From contig CACZFM010000011.1 of the NCBI GenBank assembly GCA_902780495.1, forward strand, positions 65,983 to 129,982: a stretch of DNA of 64,000 bases, in the 5' to 3' direction. Below, piece after piece: positions 45,757-54,635 of this stretch. This stretch comes from an uncultured Bacteroidales bacterium (GTDB taxonomy: Bacteria; Bacteroidota; Bacteroidia; Bacteroidales; Paludibacteraceae). The notes beneath the pieces were generated by a model. That model was not told where the DNA came from, did not search any database, and was given only the letters and a program-made list of their open reading frames with translations. Position 1 is the first letter of the stretch. Each line of letters starts with the position of its first letter. The translations under genes and the position numbers were made by a program.

Positions 45757-45769
45757 ATTTGATACAACC

Positions 45770-46996
45770 ATGAAAAGATCCTTATTTTTGGCAGCAGTGG
45801 TGTTGGTATGCACCGGATGCTTTGCACAGAAAGCCAACGTAAGACGTGCCGAGACGCTTATTAGTGCAGAGGCACCTGATTTCAAGGGCGCACGTGCCGT
45901 TATCGCTGAGGCACTGCAGAATGATGAAACAAAAGGACAGGCAAAAACCTGGTTCGTGGCTGGCTTGATAGGCTACACACAGAACCAAACCGAATATGTC
46001 AAACTGCAGGAAGGAAAGGGCGGACAGGATTACGTCCTCCGCGGAGCGGCTGTCTATGAAAGTTATAACTATTGGCTCAAAGCCGATGAGATTGCCATGA
46101 CACCTGTCTATAACAAGAAAGGAAAAGCGAAAGTGGACACCCGCACCCGCAAACAGATTGCGGATAAAATGGTGGAGTATTTCGAGCACCGCGAACTGAT
46201 TAACTATGCGTATGACCTCCTCGACAAACAGGAATATGCCAAAGCGTATGATATGTTCAAAGCATATTTGGCGCTTCCTGACCTGGAGATGATGCAGGAC
46301 AAACGCTATCAGGAGCGTATGCCGAAGGATACCTTGTACGAGTTGTTCCAGTTCCAATCTGCCCTCACGGCGTACAATGCCGCTATGTATCAAGAGGCTG
46401 CTAATGTGTTCCGTACGTTGGTGGATAAGAATGTGAAGGCTGTGGCTTCGGCGCAGTTCCTCTATCAGTCTTACATCAATATGCAGGATTCTGCCACAGC
46501 CAATAAGGTGCTGGACGAGTGCATTGAACGTTTCCCCACAGAGGCATGGTTCGTGCAGAACCGTATCAACAACCTTGTGAGCGCAGGGCAGATGGAAGAT
46601 GCTATCATTTATCTGGATCGAGCTATCGCTACCGACCCGCAAATCCAGTACTACCTCCTGAAAGCCTCCATCTTGGACGTACAGCAGCGTTTCGATGAGG
46701 CTATCGCAACCTACGAAGAGGCACTGGCACGGGATAATAGCAATGCAGACATCTACTACAATTATGGCGTTGTTTTTGTAGATAAAGCCAACAAAATGAA
46801 CGATGATGCCGCTTATCTGGATGCCAAAGCCTACAAGGCTGCACGCAAGAACATCGACGAGACCTTGAAGCAGGCGCTGCCGTACTTCAAAAAGGCCTAT
46901 GAGATGGATAGCGAGAACTTCACCTACAAACGCCAGTTGCGTGCGTTGTACTATCGTCTGGGAATGACCAACGAATATAACGCCCTCTCCGATTGA
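45770..46996 (+). CDS. TPR-repeat lipoprotein
   Basis: Lipobox VLVCTGCFAQ. Repeated A/Y-rich helical pairs typical of TPR. Confidence 0.65.
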   Translation: MKRSLFLAAVVLVCTGCFAQKANVRRAETLISAEAPDFKGARAVIAEALQNDETKGQAKTWFVAGLIGYTQNQTEYVKLQEGKGGQDYVLRGAAVYESYNYWLKADEIAMTPVYNKKGKAKVDTRTRKQIADKMVEYFEHRELINYAYDLLDKQEYAKAYDMFKAYLALPDLEMMQDKRYQERMPKDTLYELFQFQSALTAYNAAMYQEAANVFRTLVDKNVKAVASAQFLYQSYINMQDSATANKVLDECIERFPTEAWFVQNRINNLVSAGQMEDAIIYLDRAIATDPQIQYYLLKASILDVQQRFDEAIATYEEALARDNSNADIYYNYGVVFVDKANKMNDDAAYLDAKAYKAARKNIDETLKQALPYFKKAYEMDSENFTYKRQLRALYYRLGMTNEYNALSD

Positions 46997-46997
46997 T

Positions 46998-47411
46998 ATG
47001 GCTCGCATACTGGCCATTGACTACGGCAAAAAGCGTACCGGATTAGCCATTACGGATACCCTCCGCATAACGGCTAATCCGTTGCTTACCATCGATACGG
47101 ATGCCTTGCAAAATTGGCTGCTTACCGAACTGGGAAAAGGTGAAATAGATACCGTAGTGATAGGCCGGCCTACACAACTGAACGGGCAGGAAAGCGAATC
47201 CATGCAGTATATCCGACCCTTTATGGCATGGTTCAGGAGTACGTTCGCACAAATTCCTCTGGTGGAATACGACGAACGCTTCACCTCTACACTGGCGCAT
47301 CAAGCCATGTTGGCGGGGGGAATGAAGAAAATGCAAAGGCGGGACAAAACCGTGGTGGATAAATTGGCTGCCTGTATCATCCTGGAGGATTATCTGACAT
47401 CTCAACAATAA
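46998..47411 (+). CDS. ruvX: Holliday-junction-resolvase-like nuclease RuvX/YqgF
   Basis: ILAIDYGKKRTGLA and DERFTS. Confidence 0.9.
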   Translation: MARILAIDYGKKRTGLAITDTLRITANPLLTIDTDALQNWLLTELGKGEIDTVVIGRPTQLNGQESESMQYIRPFMAWFRSTFAQIPLVEYDERFTSTLAHQAMLAGGMKKMQRRDKTVVDKLAACIILEDYLTSQQ

Positions 47412-47425
47412 AACAAATAACAAAC

Positions 47426-47974
47426 ATGATACTTCCCATTTACTTATATGGTCAGCCCGCACTTCGCAAGGAAACGGAAGAAGTGGAGAAGGGCGAAATG
47501 GATATCAAACAACTCATTAGCGATATGCAGGAAACCCTTACGCAGGCGGAAGGCTGCGGATTGGCAGCCCCTCAGATTGGCTTGAGCAAGCGCCTGTTTA
47601 TCGTGGATGGCAGCGAACTGGGAGAAGATTATCCGGAATGTGCTGATTTCAAACAGGTGTTTATCAACCCTGAGATACTGGAAGAGAGCAGCGAGACGGT
47701 CTCTTACAGCGAAGGTTGTTTGTCGCTCCCCGGCATTTCGGAGAATGTAGTGCGACCCAAGACCATCACTATCCGCTATCAGGACGAAGACTTCCAATGG
47801 CATGAAGAGACGCTTACGGACTTCAAGGCACGTATTGTGCAACATGAATACGACCACCTCGAAGGGCATGTCTTCACCGACCGTATATCACCCATTCGCA
47901 AACAGTTCGTGAAGGGCAAACTGTCCAACATCGCTAAGGGAAAAACAGTTTCGCGTTACAAGTACAAACGCTGA
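47426..47974 (+). CDS. def: peptide deformylase
   Basis: GCGLAAPQIG, EGCLSLPG and QHEYDHLEG. Confidence 0.95.
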   Translation: MILPIYLYGQPALRKETEEVEKGEMDIKQLISDMQETLTQAEGCGLAAPQIGLSKRLFIVDGSELGEDYPECADFKQVFINPEILEESSETVSYSEGCLSLPGISENVVRPKTITIRYQDEDFQWHEETLTDFKARIVQHEYDHLEGHVFTDRISPIRKQFVKGKLSNIAKGKTVSRYKYKR

Positions 47975-47975
47975 T

Positions 47976-48542
47976 ATGGATATCCTCACTCTGATAGTGC
48001 TTGGAATAGGATTGGCAATGGATTGCTTTGCCGTATCATTGGGGAAAGGCTTGGCTGTGGATTCGCACCATACCCCTGCCCAATGGCATAAGCCATGCTT
48101 AATGGCGGTCTTGTTCGGCTTGTTTCAGGGGGGAATGCCGTTGATAGGGTATTATGCCTGCTCTTTCTTCTCAGCCTTCTTTAACGCCTATGCAGGCTGG
48201 ACGGCACTGGTGTTGCTCGCTTGTATCGGCGGTAAAATGATTTGGGAAGGGCTGAAAGCACCGAAGGAACAACCCGCCAATCCGGATTTCTCGCTTCCGA
48301 CGCTTCTGTTGCTTGCTGTAGCAACCTCTATTGATGCTTGGGCGACGGGAGTACTCTTTATCCCCCAACCGGATAAACTCTGGATAGGAATCTGTATTAT
48401 CGCTCTATGTTCGTTCGCGTTCTCCTGGATAGGTTACTTGATCGGAGTCTTTATCGGAACACGCTTTCGCCTGAATGCCAATCTGATTGGAGGAATAATC
48501 CTGATAGGAATAGGGGTAAAGATATGCTTCTTTTCCGCATGA
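47976..48542 (+). CDS. mntP: manganese efflux pump MntP
   Basis: GLAMDCFAVS and ATSIDAWATG duplicated motifs. Six TM segments. Confidence 0.85.
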   Translation: MDILTLIVLGIGLAMDCFAVSLGKGLAVDSHHTPAQWHKPCLMAVLFGLFQGGMPLIGYYACSFFSAFFNAYAGWTALVLLACIGGKMIWEGLKAPKEQPANPDFSLPTLLLLAVATSIDAWATGVLFIPQPDKLWIGICIIALCSFAFSWIGYLIGVFIGTRFRLNANLIGGIILIGIGVKICFFSA

Positions 48543-48579
48543 AAACAATATATGTACAAGATACTAAATAACGAAAACA

Positions 48580-49458
48580 ATGATACTGATTGCTGACTCA
48601 GGCTCTACCAAAACCGACTGGGCGCTTCTCACCGCCAACGGACAATCTACACGGGTGCAGACCGATGGTATAAATCCCTTTTTTCAGAACGAAGATGCTG
48701 TCAGAGAAACGGTATCCAATCAGTTGTTGCCTAAGATAGGGCATCTTCTGTGGGCGGGAACAATCACCCATGTCTTCTTTTACGGAGCCGGTTGTACGCC
48801 CGAAAAGAGTCCTATAGTGGCTGCGGCTGTCCGTTCGGTGTTCAAAAAAGCACAGGTGGAAGTGGCATCCGATATGGTAGGCGCTGCCCGTGCTTTGTTG
48901 AAACAGGAGAAAGGTATAGCATGCATACTCGGAACGGGAAGCAATAGTTGTTATTACAACGGCTCGTCCATCGAGTGGGGTGTACCTGCACTGGGCTTTA
49001 TCTTGGGCGATGAAGGAAGCGGTGCGGTACTGGGCAAACGCTTGGTGGCGGATGTCTTGAAGAACCAGTTGCCGGAATCCGTAAAGAACAAGTTCCTTAC
49101 GCAATACAATGTCACGCAGGCGGATATCATTGAGCATGTCTATCGGCAGCCTTTCCCGAACCGTTATCTGGCGGCCTTTAGCCGTTTCTGTGCGGAAAAC
49201 ATAGAGGAAGAATCCGTTCGTAGATTGGTATACGACCATTTTGAGCAGTTCGTCCAACGCAACCTGGAGCAGTATTTCACCCCTCAAACTAAACAGCAGA
49301 TGCCTGTGGGCTTTGTAGGCTCAATAGCGTACTACTATCGTGACATCCTTACCGAAGTGTTGCAAGCACATGGTATGCGCCTGCAGCAAATCATGCAGGC
49401 ACCGATGGAGGGGCTTATGGAATACCACAAAAAAGATATCGTACCGACACAGGTATAA
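48580..49458 (+). CDS. BadF/BadG/BcrA/BcrD-type ATPase (N-acetylglucosamine-kinase-like)
   Basis: LIADSGSTKTDW and ILGTGSNS phosphate-binding motifs. Confidence 0.75.
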   Translation: MILIADSGSTKTDWALLTANGQSTRVQTDGINPFFQNEDAVRETVSNQLLPKIGHLLWAGTITHVFFYGAGCTPEKSPIVAAAVRSVFKKAQVEVASDMVGAARALLKQEKGIACILGTGSNSCYYNGSSIEWGVPALGFILGDEGSGAVLGKRLVADVLKNQLPESVKNKFLTQYNVTQADIIEHVYRQPFPNRYLAAFSRFCAENIEEESVRRLVYDHFEQFVQRNLEQYFTPQTKQQMPVGFVGSIAYYYRDILTEVLQAHGMRLQQIMQAPMEGLMEYHKKDIVPTQV

Positions 49459-49471
49459 CATCATACTGACA

Positions 49472-50482
49472 ATGAAGATAGAAGAACACGCATCCCTGAC
49501 TGCCCTCAACACCTTTGGCTTGCATCCGAATGCACGTGTGTTGGCTGAGTTTGACAATAAAGACGAACTCCGCGCCCTTTTGCACCGTTATTCGGGTGAG
49601 CGTTTCCTGACTGTGGGTGAGGGTAGCAATCTGCTTTTCTTGCGCGATTTCGATGGAGTGGTGCTGCATTCGCGTATGTGCCGCGCACGGGCGCTCAAGG
49701 AAACCAAAGACGAGGTATGGATAGAGGCGGAGAGCGGCTTGCGTTTGGATGACCTCATTCAGCAGCTTGCCGATATGGACTTGCGAGGTTTGGAGAACCT
49801 GAGCCATATTCCGGGTACTGTTGGGGCAAGTGCAGTGCAGAATGTGGGCGCGTATGGCGTTGAGGCAAAAGATGTGATAGAGACGGTAAGGGCTATAGCG
49901 GTGCAAACGGGCGAAGAGGTGACTTTCACGAATGCGGATTGTTGCTTCGCCTATCGGGATAGCCGGTTTAAGAACGACTGGAAAGATCAATATGTCATCA
50001 CGGCCGTTACGTTCCGTCTTAAGAAAGAGGGCGGTCTCCGATTGGATTACGGCGGGCTCGGGAACGCTTTCGAAGGGCGCGAATTGTCACAACTGACCCC
50101 ATTGGAGGTGCGTGAGAAAGTCATAGAGATACGTCGCCGGAAGTTGCCGGAGGTGGGCGAATTTGGTTCGGCGGGCTCGTTCTTTAAGAATCCTGTTATT
50201 TCACCTACCTGCTTCGAGGCGTTACAAACGCAATACCCTGCTATGCCGCATTTCGATACGTCGGATGGTGTCAAAGTGCCTGCAGCGTGGCTTATTGAGC
50301 AATGTGGGCTCAAAGGCTGTCAGCATGGCGGAGCAAGAGTATGGGATAAGCAACCGCTGGTGATTGTCAATGCCGGCAATGCCTCTGCGGAGGATATACG
50401 CCTGTTGGCGGAGAAAGTGATGAAAGATGTAAGCGGGCGGTTTGGAATCACCCTGTCGCCCGAAGTGAACTATATAGAATAA
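49472..50482 (+). CDS. murB: UDP-N-acetylmuramate dehydrogenase
   Basis: FAD-binding GEGSNLLF, and GSAGSFFKNP. Start set to the ATG at 49472. Confidence 0.9.
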   Translation: MKIEEHASLTALNTFGLHPNARVLAEFDNKDELRALLHRYSGERFLTVGEGSNLLFLRDFDGVVLHSRMCRARALKETKDEVWIEAESGLRLDDLIQQLADMDLRGLENLSHIPGTVGASAVQNVGAYGVEAKDVIETVRAIAVQTGEEVTFTNADCCFAYRDSRFKNDWKDQYVITAVTFRLKKEGGLRLDYGGLGNAFEGRELSQLTPLEVREKVIEIRRRKLPEVGEFGSAGSFFKNPVISPTCFEALQTQYPAMPHFDTSDGVKVPAAWLIEQCGLKGCQHGGARVWDKQPLVIVNAGNASAEDIRLLAEKVMKDVSGRFGITLSPEVNYIE

Positions 50483-50490
50483 TTTGAGTT

Positions 50491-51798
50491 ATGGCAAGTT
50501 TTATTGTAGAAGGAGGCCATCGCCTGCACGGCAGTATCACACCTGCAGGGGCAAAGAACGAAGCCTTACAGGTCTTGTCGGCAGTGTTGCTGACAAGTGC
50601 GGAAGTCGTTATTGACAATCTTCCCGATATCTTGGATGTGAACAACCTGATTGACCTTCTGGCGATGATGGGTGTCCGTGTGCAGCGTGACGGAAAGCGT
50701 TGCGCTTTTTGTGCGGAGCATATTGATACGGCTTTCCTGGAGAGTCCTGATTTTCTGCATCGTTGTAACAGGCTGCGTGGCTCGGTGATGCTCATCGGAC
50801 CGTTGCTTGCCCGCTTGGGAAAGGTGCATTATTCCAAGCCTGGTGGTGACCAGATTGGGCGCCGTCGTTTAGATACCCATTTCCAGGGCTTGCACAATCT
50901 TGGCGCAGAGTTTGCTTACAACAAGGACTTGCAGGCTTATACCTTTACGACTCCCGATGGCTTGAAAGGAACGTACATGTTGCTGGACGAAGCCAGTGTC
51001 ACCGGTACGGCTAACATCATTATGGCGGCTGTATTGGCAGAGGGGAAAACCACTATTTACAATGCGGCCTGTGAGCCTTACTTGCAGCAACTTTGCAAGA
51101 TGCTTTGCCGTATGGGAGCGAAGATTTCCGGTATCGGAAGCAACCTGCTTACCATCGAAGGCGTGCGCACTTTGCAGGGTACTACCCATACTTTGCTGCC
51201 GGATATGATTGAGGTGGGTTCTTTTATCGGAATGGCAGCCATCACGGGCAGTGAACTTACCATTCGGAATGTCTCGTATTGCGACTTGGGTATCATTCCC
51301 GAAACTTTCCGTCGTCTGGGCATTCGCTTGGAGCAGCGGGGCGATGATATCTATATCCCGCAGCAGGACCATTATCAGATTGAGTCTTTCCTTGACGGTA
51401 GTATTCTGACTATTGCCGATGCCCCTTGGCCTGGGTTGACGCCCGACTTATTGAGCGTTATCCTCGTTGTCGCTACGCAGGCGCGTGGCTCGGTGCTTAT
51501 TCACCAGAAGATGTTTGAGAGTCGTCTCTTCTTTGTGGACAAACTGATTGATATGGGCGCGCAGATTATCCTTTGCGACCCGCATCGTGCCGTAGTTGTT
51601 GGGCATGACCAACAGATGCGCTTGCGCCATAACAACATGACCAGTCCGGATATCCGCGCAGGTATTGCTATGTTGATTGCGGCTATGTCTTCCGAGGGTA
51701 CGAGCCGGATTGACCATATTGACCAGATTGACCGTGGTTACGAGCGTATTGAAGAGCGCCTCAATGCTATAGGTGCCCATATACGCCGAGAAGAGTAA
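50491..51798 (+). CDS. murA: UDP-N-acetylglucosamine 1-carboxyvinyltransferase
   Basis: GAKNEALQVL, PGGDQIGRRRLDTH and the full 435-aa EPT fold. An Asp (PGGD) sits where E. coli MurA has the catalytic Cys. Confidence 0.93.
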   Translation: MASFIVEGGHRLHGSITPAGAKNEALQVLSAVLLTSAEVVIDNLPDILDVNNLIDLLAMMGVRVQRDGKRCAFCAEHIDTAFLESPDFLHRCNRLRGSVMLIGPLLARLGKVHYSKPGGDQIGRRRLDTHFQGLHNLGAEFAYNKDLQAYTFTTPDGLKGTYMLLDEASVTGTANIIMAAVLAEGKTTIYNAACEPYLQQLCKMLCRMGAKISGIGSNLLTIEGVRTLQGTTHTLLPDMIEVGSFIGMAAITGSELTIRNVSYCDLGIIPETFRRLGIRLEQRGDDIYIPQQDHYQIESFLDGSILTIADAPWPGLTPDLLSVILVVATQARGSVLIHQKMFESRLFFVDKLIDMGAQIILCDPHRAVVVGHDQQMRLRHNNMTSPDIRAGIAMLIAAMSSEGTSRIDHIDQIDRGYERIEERLNAIGAHIRREE

Positions 51799-51819
51799 TC
51801 CGTTTATTCCCTGATTGCT

Positions 51820-52431
51820 ATGATTACTTCAGCCCAATTTGTTATCTCCTCTCCCGATGTTGCTATGTGTCCGAAGTCGGCATTGCCCGAATATGCTTTC
51901 ATCGGACGTTCCAATGTGGGCAAGTCCAGCCTCATTAATATGCTGTGCCGCAATCCTAAGTTGGCAAAGACCAGTCAGAAACCCGGCAAGACCCTGCTTA
52001 TTAACCATTTCCTGATTAACGGTGAAGCGCAGGCATCGCGCCCGTGGCATTTGGTGGACCTGCCCGGATATGGCTTTGCACAGACGTCGTTGACGGAGCG
52101 GGAGAAACTGCGGACGATGATTGAGCGTTACTGCCTGCATCGCGAACCCTTGGTTTCTATGTTCGTGCTCATTGATTGCCGGCTCGCACCGCAGAAAGTG
52201 GATTTGGAGTTTATGCAATGGTTGGGCGAGAACGAAGTGCCCTTTGCGATTGTCTTTACCAAGATTGACAAGGTCGGGCGTGGGCGTTTGAGTGAGAATA
52301 TCGGTGCCTACAAACTCAAACTCAGCGAAGTATGGGAAGAGTTACCGCCTATGTTCCTTACCTCGGCGGAGAAAGGGCAGGGCAGGGACGAATTGGTGGA
52401 ATATATCGAAACAATCAATAGCAATTTATAA
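51820..52431 (+). CDS. engB: ribosome-biogenesis GTPase EngB/YsxC
   Basis: G1 [11 protein letters not shown]3 DLPGYG and G4 TKIDK. Confidence 0.9.
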   Translation: MITSAQFVISSPDVAMCPKSALPEYAFIGRSNVGKSSLINMLCRNPKLAKTSQKPGKTLLINHFLINGEAQASRPWHLVDLPGYGFAQTSLTEREKLRTMIERYCLHREPLVSMFVLIDCRLAPQKVDLEFMQWLGENEVPFAIVFTKIDKVGRGRLSENIGAYKLKLSEVWEELPPMFLTSAEKGQGRDELVEYIETINSNL

Positions 52432-52441
52432 CCTTGCTGCC

Positions 52442-53005
52442 ATGATTTGGGATGACAACGAAGATATTCGCCTGATTACTTGCCTTAACGAACGCAAGGC
52501 GGTGCAGTCGGCATTGGATGACTGCCGCGAAGAGCGACGGCCGTATGTCTTTGTCACCAACACCATGCGCGAAGTGCTGCGCCTTAATCGTATTCTTGTG
52601 CCTGTAACAATGTTGGAGGAAGAAGTGTATAAGGCAGAGATTTGTACCTATTTGGCGCGCAAAACGGGCGCGACGATTCTCTTGTTGCCCGCCAATGATT
52701 ATGGCTCACATGCCCGCAACAACCTCAATCGTATCGTCACGCATATCCGTTCCGTGGCGGAGCGTACGGGCGAGGATATTCATTATGAACTCTTGACGGC
52801 AAAGAAAGACAGTTTCTCGCTTGTGAAAGAGTGTATTGAGCGGCAGCGCGATTTCGGTCATCAGTTGTTGTTGCTCACGGCCAGCCGCGAATATGGCTTG
52901 GATGATATCCTTTTCGGCCCGCCCGAACGCTTGGCGGTGCGAAGGAGTCAGGTCCCTGTCATGTTGGTGAATCCGCGTGCCGACCTCTTCTCCCTTTGCG
53001 ACTGA
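52442..53005 (+). CDS. hypothetical protein (possibly universal-stress-protein-like)
   Basis: 187-aa ORF from the ATG at 52442. Resemblance to a USP-type alpha/beta fold is weak. Confidence 0.45.
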   Translation: MIWDDNEDIRLITCLNERKAVQSALDDCREERRPYVFVTNTMREVLRLNRILVPVTMLEEEVYKAEICTYLARKTGATILLLPANDYGSHARNNLNRIVTHIRSVAERTGEDIHYELLTAKKDSFSLVKECIERQRDFGHQLLLLTASREYGLDDILFGPPERLAVRRSQVPVMLVNPRADLFSLCD

Positions 53006-53038
53006 TAATCATTCCGTTATACATACTCTTTTTGCCTT

Positions 53039-53929
53039 ATGAAGAAAAATGTAGCACTTGTCCTTGCCAGCGGAGGCGCACGCGGATTGGCGCATATCGG
53101 AGCCATTGAAGAACTCCAGAGGCGCGGTTATAGAATCACTTCTATTGCCGGATGTTCCATTGGAAGTCTTATCGGTGGTATCTATGCTGCCGGCAAAATA
53201 GCCGAGGCGCACGATTGGTTTACTTCCCTCAACCGGCAGCAGGTTCTCTCGCTTACGGATTTCTCTTTCGGTCTTAGCCATATCGTCAAGGGAGAAAAGG
53301 TGTTACATGCTATTCAGCAGTGGGTTCCCGATTGCTTGATTGAGGATTTGCCTATACCTGCCGCTTTTGTCGCTACGGATTTGATTAATTCTGAGGAAGT
53401 TGTCTTCCGTTCAGGCAGTCTCTTTCGGGCTATTAGAGCATCGATATCTATTCCGATGTGTTTTAAGCCGGTGGACTATAATGGAACCATTCTTGTTGAT
53501 GGCGGATTGGTCAATCCTTTCCCGCTTAACCTTGTGCAGCGCCATGAAGGAGATATCCTTGTGGGAATCAATATCTCCGGCCGTAGCCGTATGCCCGAAG
53601 CCCGTGTCATAGGTGGGTCGCCTGCGTTCTTCGATAAGTTGGGACGTATTGGGGATAGGGCAGAGGAGATGTGGAATCATGTGCGGCAAGAGATGGAACA
53701 GACCAAACATTCTCGCGGATTGGATTATATCTCTTTGGTCAATCGCACGATTGATTTGCAGATTCAGGCTTCGTGTCGTCTTATGACGCAGATGATGAAA
53801 CCGGATGTCTTGGTGGAGATGGCGCAGGATGCTTATACCACGTTCGATTTTGACAAAGCTTCCGAGATTATTGACCAGGGGCGCTTGCTTATGTCTCAAG
53901 CCCTTGACCGTTACGAGCAACAAAGCTAA
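53039..53929 (+). CDS. patatin-like phospholipase
   Basis: Oxyanion SGGARG, nucleophile elbow GCSIG, and the catalytic Asp in VDGGLVNP. Confidence 0.88.
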   Translation: MKKNVALVLASGGARGLAHIGAIEELQRRGYRITSIAGCSIGSLIGGIYAAGKIAEAHDWFTSLNRQQVLSLTDFSFGLSHIVKGEKVLHAIQQWVPDCLIEDLPIPAAFVATDLINSEEVVFRSGSLFRAIRASISIPMCFKPVDYNGTILVDGGLVNPFPLNLVQRHEGDILVGINISGRSRMPEARVIGGSPAFFDKLGRIGDRAEEMWNHVRQEMEQTKHSRGLDYISLVNRTIDLQIQASCRLMTQMMKPDVLVEMAQDAYTTFDFDKASEIIDQGRLLMSQALDRYEQQS

Positions 53930-53940
53930 TCTTGTATCCA

Positions 53941-53984
53941 TAGTCCTACTAGTCTAACTAGAACACTAGTCTCATTAGTCCAAC
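53941..53984. repeat. tandem repeat, five units of about 9 bp, TAGTCNNAC
   Basis: tagtcctac tagtctaac tagaacac tagtctcat tagtccaac. It ends 29 nt upstream of the -33 box at 54013. Confidence 0.85.
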
Positions 53985-54012
53985 AATAAATCCACAAAAA
54001 ACTGCAGATTTA

Positions 54013-54044
54013 TTTGGTTATTTCACAAAAAAGCATTACCTTTG
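54013..54044 (+). promoter_or_regulatory. Bacteroidetes-type promoter P1 (TTTG, 20 nt, TAccTTTG) of the glycan operon leader
   Basis: tttggttatttcacaaaaaagcattacctttg. Confidence 0.7.
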
Positions 54045-54305
54045 CAGCGAATTTGAAACACTCTCGTCCTCTCTCACGGACGTTAAACCAGAGGGCACTG
54101 GGCTCAACAGTGTAAAAAAGAAAAACTATTCCCCACTGCAAAAAAATCATAAAACATTTGGTCAGTTCAAAAAAAAGCAGTACCTTTGCACCCGCAAACT
54201 CACGCTGGGGTGTCTGCATAGATGTCACAGGTGAGGGCGCAGACATATTGAATGGCGTTTGCTAACGCTTGTTTTTGACTTTCTGAAAACTAGGAATCTT
54301 CAGAT
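54045..54305 (+). promoter_or_regulatory. conserved 5' leader RNA motif, copy L2 (hairpins 54065-54082 and 54096-54112, then GTAAAAAAG), interrupted by a partial duplication
   Basis: Aligns with 21161-21300. An extra block of about 120 nt (54121-54240) carries a second promoter and a diverged copy of the gtgagggcgc segment. Confidence 0.6.
54157..54188 (+). promoter_or_regulatory. Bacteroidetes-type promoter P2 inside the leader
   Basis: tttggtcagttcaaaaaaaagcagtacctttg. Confidence 0.6.
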
Positions 54306-54554
54306 TTGTTGTTCGAAAACAAGTAGTGGTAGATGCTCATGGGTGTATAATTACGCCCGCGTGTATTTTTGTATCTAATATACAACGTAACGATACGCGC
54401 GTGTGTTCATATACACGGCGTGGGTTTCTGCATTGCTTATTCGACAACAAGGGTTTTCCTAGTACCTCAGAAAGCGGATAAGCAAGAGAAGAAATCCGCG
54501 TTTTATTTGACTGCCGGAAACAAAGTTTTCCCCGTCTTGACAAGGATTTGGCAA

Positions 54555-54585
54555 CCGCCATCTATGTCGAGGCGGGGATTTTTTT
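54555..54585 (+). terminator. intrinsic-terminator-like hairpin inside the leader, about 50 nt before the first gene
   Basis: ccgcc (54555-54559) pairs with ggcgg (54571-54575), followed by gga and seven T (54579-54585). Confidence 0.5.
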
Positions 54586-54635
54586 GTTGGTGTTGAGAGA
54601 TAATACACTCATAATAAGTTAAAGAAAATATTGGA

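Noticed and set aside
50818-50850. MurA with Asp instead of the fosfomycin-target Cys (KPGGDQIGRR) as a novelty.
   Set aside because: Cys-to-Asp MurA variants are well known in several bacterial lineages and confer intrinsic fosfomycin resistance. This is noted in the feature evidence only.
54013-54120. Invertible (phase-variable) promoter like those of Bacteroides capsule loci.
   Set aside because: I found no inverted-repeat partner of the cgtcctctctcacggacgttaaac segment upstream of the promoter. There is no nearby recombinase gene.
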